From: Actinomycetota bacterium
GTDB lineage: Bacteria > Actinomycetota > UBA4738 > CALAEC01
Length of the DNA stretch: 43,318 bases
Reading direction: 5' to 3'
Assembly (NCBI GenBank): GCA_036833435.1
Contig: DAITPV010000001.1
Coordinates: forward strand, 1 to 43,318
In this document: positions 1 through 9,816 of the stretch, one piece after another
How positions within the stretch are numbered: the stretch's first letter is position 1
How the letters are laid out: every line of letters begins with the position of its first letter
Translations under genes and position numbers: made by a program
Notes under the pieces: generated by a model
What the model saw: the letters and a program-made list of their open reading frames with translations, nothing else
What the model was told of the DNA's origin: nothing
Databases searched by the model: none

Positions 1-780
1 GTCGGCCCCGGCCTTCCGCATCATCCCGAGCAGCTCGCCGGTTCCCGTGCCGAAGTGGATCAGTGGCACGCCGAGGTCCCGGAGCCCGGCGAAGATCCGG
101 GTGCTGGTCGGGAGGACGCGCTCGCGGTAGTCGTCTGGATCAAGCGCTCCCGCCCATGAGTCGAACAACTGAAGCGCGTCGGCGCCCGCTTCGGCCTGGG
201 CCCGGAGGTACGGGAGGACCACGTTGTCCGCGAGGGTGTCCATCAACCGTTGCCAGGTCCCTGGTTCCGCATGCATCAAGGCCTTGGCCCGAGCAAAGTC
301 TCGGGACGGTCCGCCCTCGATCAGGTAAGACGCCAGCGTGAACGGCGCCCCGGCGAACCCGACAAGCGGGACCGAGAGCTCCTTCTTCAGGATGCGAACG
401 GTCTCGATCGTGTACGGGACGTCCTCGGCGGGTTCGAGCGGCCGGAGGCGGTTGATGTCCTTCTCGGATCCGAACGGCTCCTCGATCCGGGGGCCCTCGT
501 TCGCCACGATGCTGACGCCGACCCCCACCGCCGCGATAGGCACCATGATGTCGGAGAACAGGATCGCGGCGTCCACGTCCATCCGGCGGACCGGCTGCAG
601 GGCGATCTCTGCCGCGGCCTCAGGGTCCCGGGTCAGCGTGAGGACGTCGGAGTCGCCGCGGAGCTTCCGGTACTCGGGCAGATACCGCCCGGCCTGGCGC
701 ATGAACCACACCGGGGTGGCATCCACCGGCTCTCGCCGGCAGGCTCGCAGGAACCGGTCCTTAATGAGTGTGGGACTCAT
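1..780 (-). CDS. hemE: uroporphyrinogen decarboxylase, N-terminal 260 codons (C-terminus runs off the left edge)
   Basis: My own minus-strand translation from ATG (780-778) gives MSPTLIKDRFLRACRREPVDATPVWFMRQAGRYLPEYRKLRG...LFSDIMVP...GFAGAPFTLASYLIEGG. The WFMRQAGRYLPEY signature is typical of HemE/UROD. The ORF is absent from the track because it has no stop in the window. Confidence 0.9.
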   Translation of the reverse strand, partial: MSPTLIKDRFLRACRREPVDATPVWFMRQAGRYLPEYRKLRGDSDVLTLTRDPEAAAEIALQPVRRMDVDAAILFSDIMVPIAAVGVGVSIVANEGPRIEEPFGSEKDINRLRPLEPAEDVPYTIETVRILKKELSVPLVGFAGAPFTLASYLIEGGPSRDFARAKALMHAEPGTWQRLMDTLADNVVLPYLRAQAEAGADALQLFDSWAGALDPDDYRERVLPTSTRIFAGLRDLGVPLIHFGTGTGELLGMMRKAGAD

Positions 781-873
781 CGGAACGAGTGTATCCGGGT
801 GGCCATTGAGGACCGGAAGGAGACGGTCGGGCCAGCGTCGAACTGATTAGGACCGACTTCAAGGAGGACTAGC

Positions 874-3834
874 TTGCGCCCGCGTCGTCCGGCCATCGCC
901 GTCCTGGCGACCCTCTGTCTCATCGTCGCGTTCCCTGTCCTGGCATCTGGGGCTACTGGGACTCGCATTGACCCTGACCTCCAGTCGCTCATCGACCGAG
1001 TGGGCCCCAGCGGAGACATCGCCGCCTTCGTCCACTTCGCCCAGAACGTTCCGTACGACGCAGGGGTCGAGGCTATCCGAGACGCCGGAGGCTCCATATC
1101 TACCGACCTTCCAGCCGGTCACCTGGCGTACGCGTACGGCCCGGTACCGGCGTTCCTCTCGCTGGCCACCAGGCCCGAGGTCACCTTCCTCGAGCACGGC
1201 GGCACCGAGCCACTGCTCCTGGAGACGGCCACCTGGGCCACCCGGGCCCGGACGCTGTACGAGGAGACCGGCGGCCTGGACCTCCGGGTCCGCGAGCCCG
1301 ACGGCGACCTCATCGACGGCAAGGGCGTGGGCATCGCCATCGTGGATAGCGGCGTGGACGGCACCCACCCCGACTTGGAGTGGGCCGGATCTGGAGGCGC
1401 CGACCCCAAGACCCTCCTGAACTTCAAGGTGGCCTGCACCATGGTCAACCTGGACGACGCCGGATGCCTCGGTGGGATCGTGATGCAGGACGTACCCGAC
1501 TCCGACACCTCGAGCGGTCACGGGACTCACGTGGCCGGGATCGCCGCCGGGAGCGGGATCGCCAGCGACTCGGACGGCGACGACACGACCACCGGCGACC
1601 GGATGTTCCGGGGCGTGGCCCCCGGAGCGAAGCTGTACGGGTTTGGAGCCGGCGAGGGCCTGTCGATCTTCATCCCGTCGGCGGCCGCGGCGTTCCAGTG
1701 GATCTACGACAACGGGCTGTCCCAGGACCCTCCGATCCGAGTGATCAATAACTCGTGGGGCGGCACCGGTGCACACGACCCCAACCTGGCGATCAGCAAG
1801 CTGAGCAACGCGCTGGTCGAGGACCGAGACATGACCGTGGTGTTCGCCTCCGGCAACGCCGGGGGTGACGGCACCGCCATCAGCACCAATCCGTACGCCA
1901 ACAACCCCACACCGGGTGTCATCAGCGCGGCCAACTACAACGATGCGAACACTGGCGGCCGAGACCTGGACCTCGAAGCGAGCTCCAGCCGAGGACAGTC
2001 GGACCTTCCGGAGACGTGGCCGGACGTCGCCTCGCCGGGCACCGGGATCACCTCGACCTGCAAGATCGCCACGGTGGTGTGTCCCACGGGCGCTCCCGTG
2101 GCCTACCCACCGAACTACACGGACGCCACGGGGACCTCGATGGCCGCGCCCCATACCTCAGGCGTGGTGGCACTCCTATACCAGGCCGACCCCTCGATCA
2201 CCCCCGCGGAGGTCGAGGACGTCCTGGAGGACAACGCCCACAAGTTCACCGCCGGAGCCGCATACGAGGCCGACCCGGCCAACCCAGACAACCAGTCCTC
2301 GTTCGACAAGGGCCATGGTCTCGTGGACGCCCGCGCCTCGGTGCTGGAGACCCTGGGCCTGCCCCTGAACTTCGGCCACGCGCCGGCAGCCGGATCGCCT
2401 TCGGTGACCATCGCTGCCCCATCGGATGGCGAGGTGGTTCCGCCGAGCTTCCCCGTATCGGGTGGTGCGGATCCAGGAGGTTTGGCTCCCACGGGGTCAA
2501 CCACCACCGTCATCGCCGAGGGAGACTCCGGGGACCACCCGGACGACGTCCTCGACCTGGACTCGGTGACGGTCACCGAGGACACCTCGTTGGGGACCGT
2601 GACGATCGCCTGGACGGTGGCTGCCGTCGGGGCCCCTCCGGGAGGAGAGTCCTCATATCGGTTGTTCACCTCGGTCGACGGCGTCCCCCTCGACCTTCAG
2701 GTGACGTGGGACGGAACGACCCTCACCTGCACGGGTGACCTGCTCGCCACCTGCGTGCCGGGAGTGGCTGGCAACACGTTCTCCGCGACCTTTACGGACG
2801 CAGCGGCGTTCGGAGCCAGCCGTGGCGCGGTGATGTTCGATTCGTGGGCCGCCACCTACGCGGGCGCCATTCAGGATCGAGCGCCCGGAGGCGAGGGCGC
2901 AACATTCGTCTCGGCACCGGCTCGAGGACAGGAGCACGTGTTCGTGGCCACCTCTGGCGGAGGCCCGGGTGCCCTGGGCGAGGTCTTCGTGTCGGTCGAC
3001 GGCGGGACCCCTGAATCCGCCGGCACAGGCTCGGGGCCATTCACGTGGTCCAACGCCGTGGGTCCGTTGACACCCGGCCCACACGCCCTGATCGCGGAGC
3101 TCGAGGTCTCAGGCAACCCGGTGGCCACGGACACCGCGAACGTCACGGTGGCGGAGAGCACCACTGAGCCGTCAATCGTCCTCGTGGCTCCCGACGACAA
3201 CACCGAGGTACCCGCGAGCCTCATCGAGGTCCGGGGGATCTCCAACTCCGACGCCTCCGACGGGACCGCGTCGGTGCGGATCAGGGCCACGGATCCCGGC
3301 TTCGACAGCGGGTTCATCGACGCGGCCGACACCTCGGTGTCCGGCCGGTTCACCACGTGGGCCGCCGACTTGAACCTGGACGGCCTTGGTGGGAGGACGG
3401 TCACGATCGTGTCGGAGCTTCGGCTCAACGGCACCACCGCCGCCACCGACGAGGTCCAGGTCACCGTGAAGGCCCCCGCCGGCCCGGCAGCCCCCGTGGC
3501 GGGAGGGTCGAACGTCCTGTGCCCGGGGAAGGCACCGCCCTCCGCCACCCACGTGGTTGGGACGGGCGGCAAGGACGTACTCATCGGGACGCCGGGTCCC
3601 GACGTGATCTGCGGCCTGGGAGGGGGCGACCGGCTCAAGGGCCTCGGTGATGCCGATGTGCTTCTCGGCGGTCCCGGGTCCGACGTGCTGTCCGGAGGCG
3701 GGGGGAAGGACCGGCTGAAGGGCGGACCGGGAAAGGACGACCTCCTCGGAGGCGCGCAGCGCGACATCCTCAACGCCGGCCCCGGGAACGACGAGTGCTC
3801 GGGTTCGGGCTCGGACCGCCTCCGCAACTGCTGA
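874..3834 (+). CDS. secreted subtilisin-like (S8) serine protease with a long beta-rich C-terminal extension and RTX-like Ca-binding repeats
   Basis: AAGGAGGA SD sits 5 nt before the TTG start. Signal-like N-terminus MRPRRPAIAVLATLCLIVAFPVLASG. Catalytic triad motifs IAIVDSGVD, HGTHVAGI and GTSMAAPH are present. The C-terminus carries repeated GGxGxD-like nonapeptides (GGGDRLKGLGDADVLLGGPGSDVLSGGGGKDRLKGGPGKDDLLGG). Confidence 0.9.
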   Translation: MRPRRPAIAVLATLCLIVAFPVLASGATGTRIDPDLQSLIDRVGPSGDIAAFVHFAQNVPYDAGVEAIRDAGGSISTDLPAGHLAYAYGPVPAFLSLATRPEVTFLEHGGTEPLLLETATWATRARTLYEETGGLDLRVREPDGDLIDGKGVGIAIVDSGVDGTHPDLEWAGSGGADPKTLLNFKVACTMVNLDDAGCLGGIVMQDVPDSDTSSGHGTHVAGIAAGSGIASDSDGDDTTTGDRMFRGVAPGAKLYGFGAGEGLSIFIPSAAAAFQWIYDNGLSQDPPIRVINNSWGGTGAHDPNLAISKLSNALVEDRDMTVVFASGNAGGDGTAISTNPYANNPTPGVISAANYNDANTGGRDLDLEASSSRGQSDLPETWPDVASPGTGITSTCKIATVVCPTGAPVAYPPNYTDATGTSMAAPHTSGVVALLYQADPSITPAEVEDVLEDNAHKFTAGAAYEADPANPDNQSSFDKGHGLVDARASVLETLGLPLNFGHAPAAGSPSVTIAAPSDGEVVPPSFPVSGGADPGGLAPTGSTTTVIAEGDSGDHPDDVLDLDSVTVTEDTSLGTVTIAWTVAAVGAPPGGESSYRLFTSVDGVPLDLQVTWDGTTLTCTGDLLATCVPGVAGNTFSATFTDAAAFGASRGAVMFDSWAATYAGAIQDRAPGGEGATFVSAPARGQEHVFVATSGGGPGALGEVFVSVDGGTPESAGTGSGPFTWSNAVGPLTPGPHALIAELEVSGNPVATDTANVTVAESTTEPSIVLVAPDDNTEVPASLIEVRGISNSDASDGTASVRIRATDPGFDSGFIDAADTSVSGRFTTWAADLNLDGLGGRTVTIVSELRLNGTTAATDEVQVTVKAPAGPAAPVAGGSNVLCPGKAPPSATHVVGTGGKDVLIGTPGPDVICGLGGGDRLKGLGDADVLLGGPGSDVLSGGGGKDRLKGGPGKDDLLGGAQRDILNAGPGNDECSGSGSDRLRNC

Positions 3835-3879
3835 ACCGCGCTTGTTTCGCCGATCGGTCCTCCGGGTACCGACGGGGGC

Positions 3880-4128
3880 ATGGACCGGTATCAGGAGCTG
3901 GTGAAGAAACGCGACGGCGAGGGACTCACCGACGAGGAGGCCGATGAGCTCGGCCGACTGATGGCCGAGCGTCAGGGCGAGGAGTACGCCAACGCCGACG
4001 ACCCCCCCGAGGAAGTAGAGGTCGAGCGGGTCGGCACCGTCGACGCCACCGAGAAGGACGTCGCTGAGCTCGAGAAGCAGAAGGAAGAGGAGAAAGCCCG
4101 CCAGGACGAGAAAACCACCGGCAACTAG
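3880..4128 (+). CDS. small highly acidic hypothetical protein (82 aa)
   Basis: ATG ORF with strongly G/C-biased third codon positions, typical of genuine coding in this genome. I recognise no motif. Confidence 0.55.
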   Translation: MDRYQELVKKRDGEGLTDEEADELGRLMAERQGEEYANADDPPEEVEVERVGTVDATEKDVAELEKQKEEEKARQDEKTTGN

Positions 4129-4213
4129 AGCCAGCGGACTCCTCGCCACGAATACCGCATCGTCCCTGGTCAGAGGGTGCGTGGACCCTGAAGCGTAGAC
4201 TTGAATTGAGACC

Positions 4214-7200
4214 ATGGCGAAGCGAGTAGACAGGGAGGGGTTCGGCCCCAACACCTGGCTGGTCGAGGAGCTGTACCGCCAGTACCAGGAAGACCCGCAG
4301 TCCGTCAGCGAGACCTGGCGGGAGTTCTTCGAGGACTACGTCCCCAGCAGCGGCGACGGCCAGGGAGCGCGGCCGGAGGCGAGGGCGGCCGAGGCCCCGG
4401 CGAGTTCGGAGCCGCCCCCAGCCAAGGAGGCCCCCGAGCCCGCAGCGGCGACGCTGTCTGAGCAAGGGGCCCGGCCGCCCGAGGCTGAGAAGGCGGAGCT
4501 ACTGACCGGGATCCCCGCGGTCATCGCCAAGCGGATGGAGGAGTCCCTCGAGGTCCCCACGGCGACCAGCGTTCGCACCGTCAACGCAAAGCTCCTCGAG
4601 GTCAACCGGGGGATCCTCAACAACCACCTGAAGCGCCATCAGGGCGGAAAGATGTCCTTCACCCACATCATCGCGTACGCGGTGGTCCGCGCTCTCACAG
4701 AGATGCCGGGCATGAACGTCACCTATGCGGAAAAGGACGGGAAGCCCGCGGTCACCAGACACGACCACGTCAACCTCGGTCTCGCCGTCGACGTCAAGCG
4801 AGAGGACGGGACTCGGGTCCTCCTGGTCCCGGTGGTCAAGGAGGCCGACACCCTCGAATTCGCCTCGTTCCACCACACCTACGAGGAGCTCATCCAGAGA
4901 ACCAACCGCAACAAGCTGACTCCCGACGACTTCGCCGGAGCCACCCACACCATCACCAACCCCGGGACCCTCGGCACCGTCCAGAGCGTTCCGCGACTGA
5001 TGGCCGGGCAGGCCGCCATCATCGGAGTGGGAAGGATCGGCTACCCGTCCGAGTTCGCCGGGGCCGACGAGGACACCCTGGCCGAGCTCGGCGTGGGCAA
5101 GACCCTCACCCTCACCTCCACCTACGACCACCGGGTGATCCAGGGCGCCGAGTCCGGCGAGTTCCTGGCCCTGGTCGAGCAACTCCTCCTGGGCAAGGGG
5201 GTGTTCTACGAGCGGATCTTCCGCGCCATGCACGTCCCCTACGTGGCGGTGCAGTGGCGCCAGGACGAACGCCCCGAACGCGGAACCATCGAGGAGGCCG
5301 AGCAGCACATGCGCCTCCGCCAGCTCATCCAGATGTACCGGGTCCGCGGCCACCTGATCGCCGACCTCGACCCCCTCGAGCAGCGCGACCCCACCATGCA
5401 CCCCGAGCTGGACCCGGCGACCTACGGCTTCACCATCTGGGACCTGGATCGGACCTTCGCCACCGGCGGGTTCGGCGGGCAACGCGAGATGAAGCTCCGG
5501 GACATCCTGGCGATCCTCCGCGACGCCTACTGCCGCACCGCCACCGTCGAATACATGCACATGCAGGACCCCGACCAGAAGGAGTGGATCCAGGAGCACT
5601 CAGAGGGCGTGGACACCACCCTCCCTCGCGAGGACAAGCTCCGGATCCTGTCGAAGCTCGGCGAGGTTGAGGCCCTGGAGCAGTTCCTCCACAAGCGGTA
5701 CATGGGCCAGCGCCGGTACAGCCTGGAGGGCAGCGAGTCGCTGGTCCCCATCCTCGACGCGGTCCTGTCGGCCGCCGCCGACCAGGACGTGGTGGAGTCG
5801 GTGATGGGGATGTCCCACCGGGGCCGCCTCGACGTGCTGACCTCGATCGTGGGCAAGTCCTACTCCGACCTGTTCCGCGAGTTCGAGGGGGCCCTGCCGC
5901 TGGATCTCCCCCAGGGCTCCGGCGACGTGAAGTACCACGTCGGCGCGGAGGGGAAGTTTACCGGCACCAGTGGCAGGGACATCAAGGTCACCGTGGCCTC
6001 CAACCCCTCGCACCTGGAGGCGGTGGACCCGGTGGTCGAGGGGATGGCCCGGGCCAAGCTAGATCTCGTGGGTCGTCCGGACGAGGCTCCCGTCCTCCCA
6101 ATACTGATCCATGGCGACGCCGCGTTCGCCGGCCAGGGCGTGGTGGCCGAGACCCTCAACCTCTCGGCCCTCCACGGCTTCGGCACCGGAGGGACCGTGC
6201 ACGTCATCGTGAACAACCAGCTGGGGTTCACCACCGGGTCGGACTACGGGCGGTCCAGCACCTACGCCAGCGACGTGGCCAAGATGGTTCAGGCCCCCAT
6301 CTGGCACGTGAACGGCGACGACCCCGAGGCCTGCGTCCGGGTGGCCCGCCTGGCTTTCGCCTTCCGCCAGCGGTTCCACAAGGACGTGGTCATTGACATG
6401 TGGTGCTACCGCAAGTGGGGCCACAACGAGGGCGACGACCCCTCGTACACCCAGCCGCTCATGTACCGGAAGATCAAGGACCTGCGGACGATCCGGAAGC
6501 GATACGTGGAGCTGCTGGTAAACCGGGGAGACCTGTCGGTCGAGGAGGCCGAGGAAGCCCTGGAGGAGTTCAAGCAGCGCCTGGAGCAAGCCTTCGAGGA
6601 GATCCCTCGGGAAGAGAAGGAGGCCCCGCCGAAGCTCGAGCGCCAGAAGCCGGCGCCGGCGGAGCAGAAGCCGGTGGAGACCGCGGTAGCGAGGGACAAG
6701 CTGGACGAGATCGTCCAGGCCATCACCACTGTTCCCGAGGGATTCCACGTTCATCCCAAGCTGGAGAAGTGGCTCGAGCAGCGCAGGCACGCGCTGGACG
6801 AGGACGCCGTTGATTGGTCGCTGGCCGAGGCGCTGGCCTTCGGAACCCTGGTGAGCGAAGGGCGGACGGTGAGGCTGAGCGGCCAGGACAGCAGGAGGGG
6901 AACGTTCAGCCAAAGGCACTCCGTGCTGGTGGACCAGGAGACCGGCGAGGAGTACACGCCGCTGAAGAAGCTGGAAGAGAACGGGGACGGGAAGTTCTTC
7001 ATCTACGACAGCCTGCTGAGCGAGTTCGCGGTGCTGGGCTTCGAATACGGCTATAGCGTGGCCAACCTGGATGCTCTGGTGCAGTGGGAGGCTCAGTTCG
7101 GAGACTTCATCAACGAGGCCCAAGTGGTCGTGGATCTGTTCATCGCCGCCGGAGAGGACAAGTGGGGCCAGACGAGTGGAGTGACTCTGCTGCTGCCCCA

Positions 7201-7810
7201 CGGATACGAGGGCCAGGGCCCGGAACACTCGAGCGCTCGCCTCGAACGCTTCCTCCAACTGGCCGCTGAGGACAACATGCAGGTCGTGGTCCCGAGTACC
7301 CCGGCTCAGTTCTTCCACGTGCTGAGGCGCCAGGCCTTGAAGGAGCGAAAGAAGCCACTTGTGGTGTTCACGCCGAAGAGCCTGCTTCGGATGAAGGAGA
7401 CGTTCAGCGAAGCCTCAGCGCTGACCGAGGTCCGGTTCCAACCAGTCCTGCCGGACCCGGATCCCCCGAAGAACGTGGAGCGCGTCGTGTTGTGCCAGGG
7501 CAAGTTCTTCTGGGACCTCCTCAACGGCCGGGAGGACAAGCCCGTGGCCCTGATCCGAGTGGAGGAGCCTTACCCGTTCCCCAAGAAGGACCTGGAGAGG
7601 GAGCTGGAGAAGTACTCCGGAGCCGAAGTGATCTGGGCCCAGGAAGAACCCGAGAACATGGGCAGCTGGCCGTTCATGGAGCGCGAACTCCGCAAGCTCA
7701 GCCTCGAGCCGAAGGCCGTGACCCGCGAGGAAAGCGCCAGCCCAGCCACCGGCAGCTTCAATCTGGATGGTGACGAACATGCGACTCTGCTCCGCACAAC
7801 GCTGGGGTAA
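4214..7810 (+). CDS. kgd: multifunctional 2-oxoglutarate dehydrogenase/decarboxylase E1 with N-terminal E2-like succinyltransferase domain (actinobacterial Kgd type)
   Basis: 1198 aa. The N-terminus FGPNTWLVEELYRQYQEDPQSVSETWREFF is Kgd/SucA-like. It is followed by an acyltransferase core (LTLTSTYDHRVIQGAESGEFL) and a full TPP-dependent E1 (HRGRLDVL, GDAAFAGQGVV, WEAQFGDF). Confidence 0.95.
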   Translation: MAKRVDREGFGPNTWLVEELYRQYQEDPQSVSETWREFFEDYVPSSGDGQGARPEARAAEAPASSEPPPAKEAPEPAAATLSEQGARPPEAEKAELLTGIPAVIAKRMEESLEVPTATSVRTVNAKLLEVNRGILNNHLKRHQGGKMSFTHIIAYAVVRALTEMPGMNVTYAEKDGKPAVTRHDHVNLGLAVDVKREDGTRVLLVPVVKEADTLEFASFHHTYEELIQRTNRNKLTPDDFAGATHTITNPGTLGTVQSVPRLMAGQAAIIGVGRIGYPSEFAGADEDTLAELGVGKTLTLTSTYDHRVIQGAESGEFLALVEQLLLGKGVFYERIFRAMHVPYVAVQWRQDERPERGTIEEAEQHMRLRQLIQMYRVRGHLIADLDPLEQRDPTMHPELDPATYGFTIWDLDRTFATGGFGGQREMKLRDILAILRDAYCRTATVEYMHMQDPDQKEWIQEHSEGVDTTLPREDKLRILSKLGEVEALEQFLHKRYMGQRRYSLEGSESLVPILDAVLSAAADQDVVESVMGMSHRGRLDVLTSIVGKSYSDLFREFEGALPLDLPQGSGDVKYHVGAEGKFTGTSGRDIKVTVASNPSHLEAVDPVVEGMARAKLDLVGRPDEAPVLPILIHGDAAFAGQGVVAETLNLSALHGFGTGGTVHVIVNNQLGFTTGSDYGRSSTYASDVAKMVQAPIWHVNGDDPEACVRVARLAFAFRQRFHKDVVIDMWCYRKWGHNEGDDPSYTQPLMYRKIKDLRTIRKRYVELLVNRGDLSVEEAEEALEEFKQRLEQAFEEIPREEKEAPPKLERQKPAPAEQKPVETAVARDKLDEIVQAITTVPEGFHVHPKLEKWLEQRRHALDEDAVDWSLAEALAFGTLVSEGRTVRLSGQDSRRGTFSQRHSVLVDQETGEEYTPLKKLEENGDGKFFIYDSLLSEFAVLGFEYGYSVANLDALVQWEAQFGDFINEAQVVVDLFIAAGEDKWGQTSGVTLLLPHGYEGQGPEHSSARLERFLQLAAEDNMQVVVPSTPAQFFHVLRRQALKERKKPLVVFTPKSLLRMKETFSEASALTEVRFQPVLPDPDPPKNVERVVLCQGKFFWDLLNGREDKPVALIRVEEPYPFPKKDLERELEKYSGAEVIWAQEEPENMGSWPFMERELRKLSLEPKAVTREESASPATGSFNLDGDEHATLLRTTLG

Positions 7811-7827
7811 CCCAACCGGGAGAAGCC

Positions 7828-9711
7828 TTGCCTAGACAGAGTCTCACCAAACCCGAGACTTGGCAGATCGCGGAACTTGAAGACTCCCTTGCCGACGTTC
7901 CACAGCGAAATAGACGACTCGAACTCCCCCGGTTTCAACGTTCGATAGTCTGGGACGAACCCCAGCAGAGGGATCTCATCGCATCGTTGCAGCAAGGCTA
8001 TCCGATCGGATCGCTTCTCTTGTACGAACGGGGAAGCGAGGCCGGTAACGTCAAGCGCTATCTTCTTGTAGATGGGCTTCAGCGTACGACTGCGATCAGG
8101 AACTACCTGCGCGAACCTTTGAACTTTGCGTCCATCCATCACCTTTCCCTCGAGCGTCTCGAGCCGGCCAAGGCGACGATCCAGGAGTTGCTGGGCGTGG
8201 CGGACGCTGGCGCTCTTAACCGAGCGATCGATAACTGGATGGTTGGAACAAGAACGCTCCGAGCGGCCGACGGATACTCATCCCATGGCTTCCTTGAGAC
8301 GCTCGCCAGTGAACTCCAGATTGGACCTCCTGATTCTCCGGAACTACTCTACGAAGCGATTGATCCCCTTCTTGACGAGATCCGCGAGCAAGTCGACATT
8401 CGACGGATGTCCTTGCCGATAATCATCTACGAGGGTGATGAAAGCCACCTACCAGACATCTTCGAGCGAATCAACGCGCGCGGAACCGCACTCAGCAAGT
8501 ACGACATCTACGCGGCCAGCTGGGTCGATCAGGAAACGCGAATCGAAAACACCAAAATACGGGATGCGATCGATGAGAAGTATGAGGAACTTCTTGAAAG
8601 CGGATACTCAATACATGGCTTGGAGCAGGATGGTGAGCGCGCATACAGTTTGTTCGAGTACCTCTTTGGGTTGGGTAAGGTGATCTCCCAGGAGTATCCC
8701 CGCCTCTTCTCTGCCAAATCAGATCCAACCGAAACCGAATCCATCGGCTTCACTCTGGTAACCGTGGTGAACCAGATGCGCCTTGCGGAGATGCCTCGCT
8801 TGCCCGGCCGTCTACCGCGCGACCCTCAGGGCCGAATTGATCCTTCCCAGTTCGAGGAGCCCCTCTTTGACGCCATCAACAGGGTGGATGAATGTCTAAG
8901 GCCCTTCTTGGGAATCGCCTTGAACCGGCGAACGGGACCTCCCTCGGTGGGCCACACCGAGTATCAAATTGCATCACTCATCGCTAGGGCACTTGCAGGA
9001 CGGTTCGTGTCCCGCACCTGGGAGGAACGCCGAGATTGGGAAGAAGAATGGGCGACTATGAGCACTAGCCTGCCTCAGCACTATCTCTATGACATCTTGT
9101 TGCAAAACTGGAGGGGCTCTGGAGATACCAGGCTTTTTGACATGACTTGGAGAGAGGAACCTGTAGGCACCTTCCGTCTCTCAGCCCACTACTCGCGCCC
9201 CATCCCTAGGAAAGAATGGGACGAGGCCCTAGGTCTCTGGTTTCGTGAGCAAACCCAACGCGAGCAACGGTCCCGTCCGAAAGTTCGAGCAGCAGACAAG
9301 GTCTTCCTCAGGTACGTCTACTCCGGGATCGTTAGTTACCTGCAAGATGCGCGCGACACGTTTGAGCTTGAGCATCTCTATCCCGTTAGCAGGCTCCGAA
9401 GTCTCATCCGTACGGATGAGCCAGGCTGGCCGATCAGCTCGGTGGCAAATCTCGCACTCTTCGACTGGATCCTGAACCGTGAGAAGTCGAAGCTGACTAT
9501 CCGAGAATACCTCGAGAGAATTGATGATGACACCGAACGAGGAAGGGTCGCCGATCGAGTCCGGAGTTTTCTGCTCTGTGAGATCCACGACGTGGAGATA
9601 CCTCGAGAGAATGCCACGGATGTCCTGACGCGTGAACAATACGAAAGCTTCCTGATACGTCGCTATGATCGGATGAAATCGCAGCTCTATGAGAATCTCG
9701 GGATTGGGTAA
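7828..9711 (+). CDS. GmrSD-like type IV (modification-dependent) restriction enzyme: N-terminal DUF262 (ParB-like) plus C-terminal DUF1524 His-Me finger nuclease
   Basis: N-terminus LPRFQRSIVWDEPQQRDLIASLQQGYPIGSLLLY and LLVDGLQRTTAI match the DGQQR-type DUF262 motif. C-terminus FELEHLYPVS...SVANLALFDWILNREKSKLT matches the DUF1524 H..P / NL..N pattern. TTG start 17 nt after the kgd stop. The lower-GC region begins here. Confidence 0.8.
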   Translation: MPRQSLTKPETWQIAELEDSLADVPQRNRRLELPRFQRSIVWDEPQQRDLIASLQQGYPIGSLLLYERGSEAGNVKRYLLVDGLQRTTAIRNYLREPLNFASIHHLSLERLEPAKATIQELLGVADAGALNRAIDNWMVGTRTLRAADGYSSHGFLETLASELQIGPPDSPELLYEAIDPLLDEIREQVDIRRMSLPIIIYEGDESHLPDIFERINARGTALSKYDIYAASWVDQETRIENTKIRDAIDEKYEELLESGYSIHGLEQDGERAYSLFEYLFGLGKVISQEYPRLFSAKSDPTETESIGFTLVTVVNQMRLAEMPRLPGRLPRDPQGRIDPSQFEEPLFDAINRVDECLRPFLGIALNRRTGPPSVGHTEYQIASLIARALAGRFVSRTWEERRDWEEEWATMSTSLPQHYLYDILLQNWRGSGDTRLFDMTWREEPVGTFRLSAHYSRPIPRKEWDEALGLWFREQTQREQRSRPKVRAADKVFLRYVYSGIVSYLQDARDTFELEHLYPVSRLRSLIRTDEPGWPISSVANLALFDWILNREKSKLTIREYLERIDDDTERGRVADRVRSFLLCEIHDVEIPRENATDVLTREQYESFLIRRYDRMKSQLYENLGIG

Positions 9712-9816
9712 GCGAACCTAAGCCTTCATTGTGACCACCCCGCGAATGGCATCGGCACCGACCGCGAGGCGTGTCAGCGGGTCTTTGAACAGCCACGAGC
9801 GTCGCTCCCTGAAGCA

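Noticed and set aside
63-850. Three + strand ORFs (63-341, 250-846, 338-850)
   Set aside because: They are antisense shadows of hemE on the minus strand. Their Arg/Pro/Gly-rich translations are typical of wrong-frame ORFs in high-GC DNA.
859-4254. Long minus-strand ORFs 859-2154 (431 aa), 2871-3881 (336 aa) and 3172-4254 (360 aa)
   Set aside because: They are antisense to the well-supported S8 protease and the small acidic ORF. They have no motifs and their composition is dominated by R/G/P/A.
4499-7318. Minus-strand ORFs 4499-5599 (366 aa) and 6059-7318 (419 aa)
   Set aside because: They lie entirely inside kgd on the opposite strand. They are shadow ORFs.
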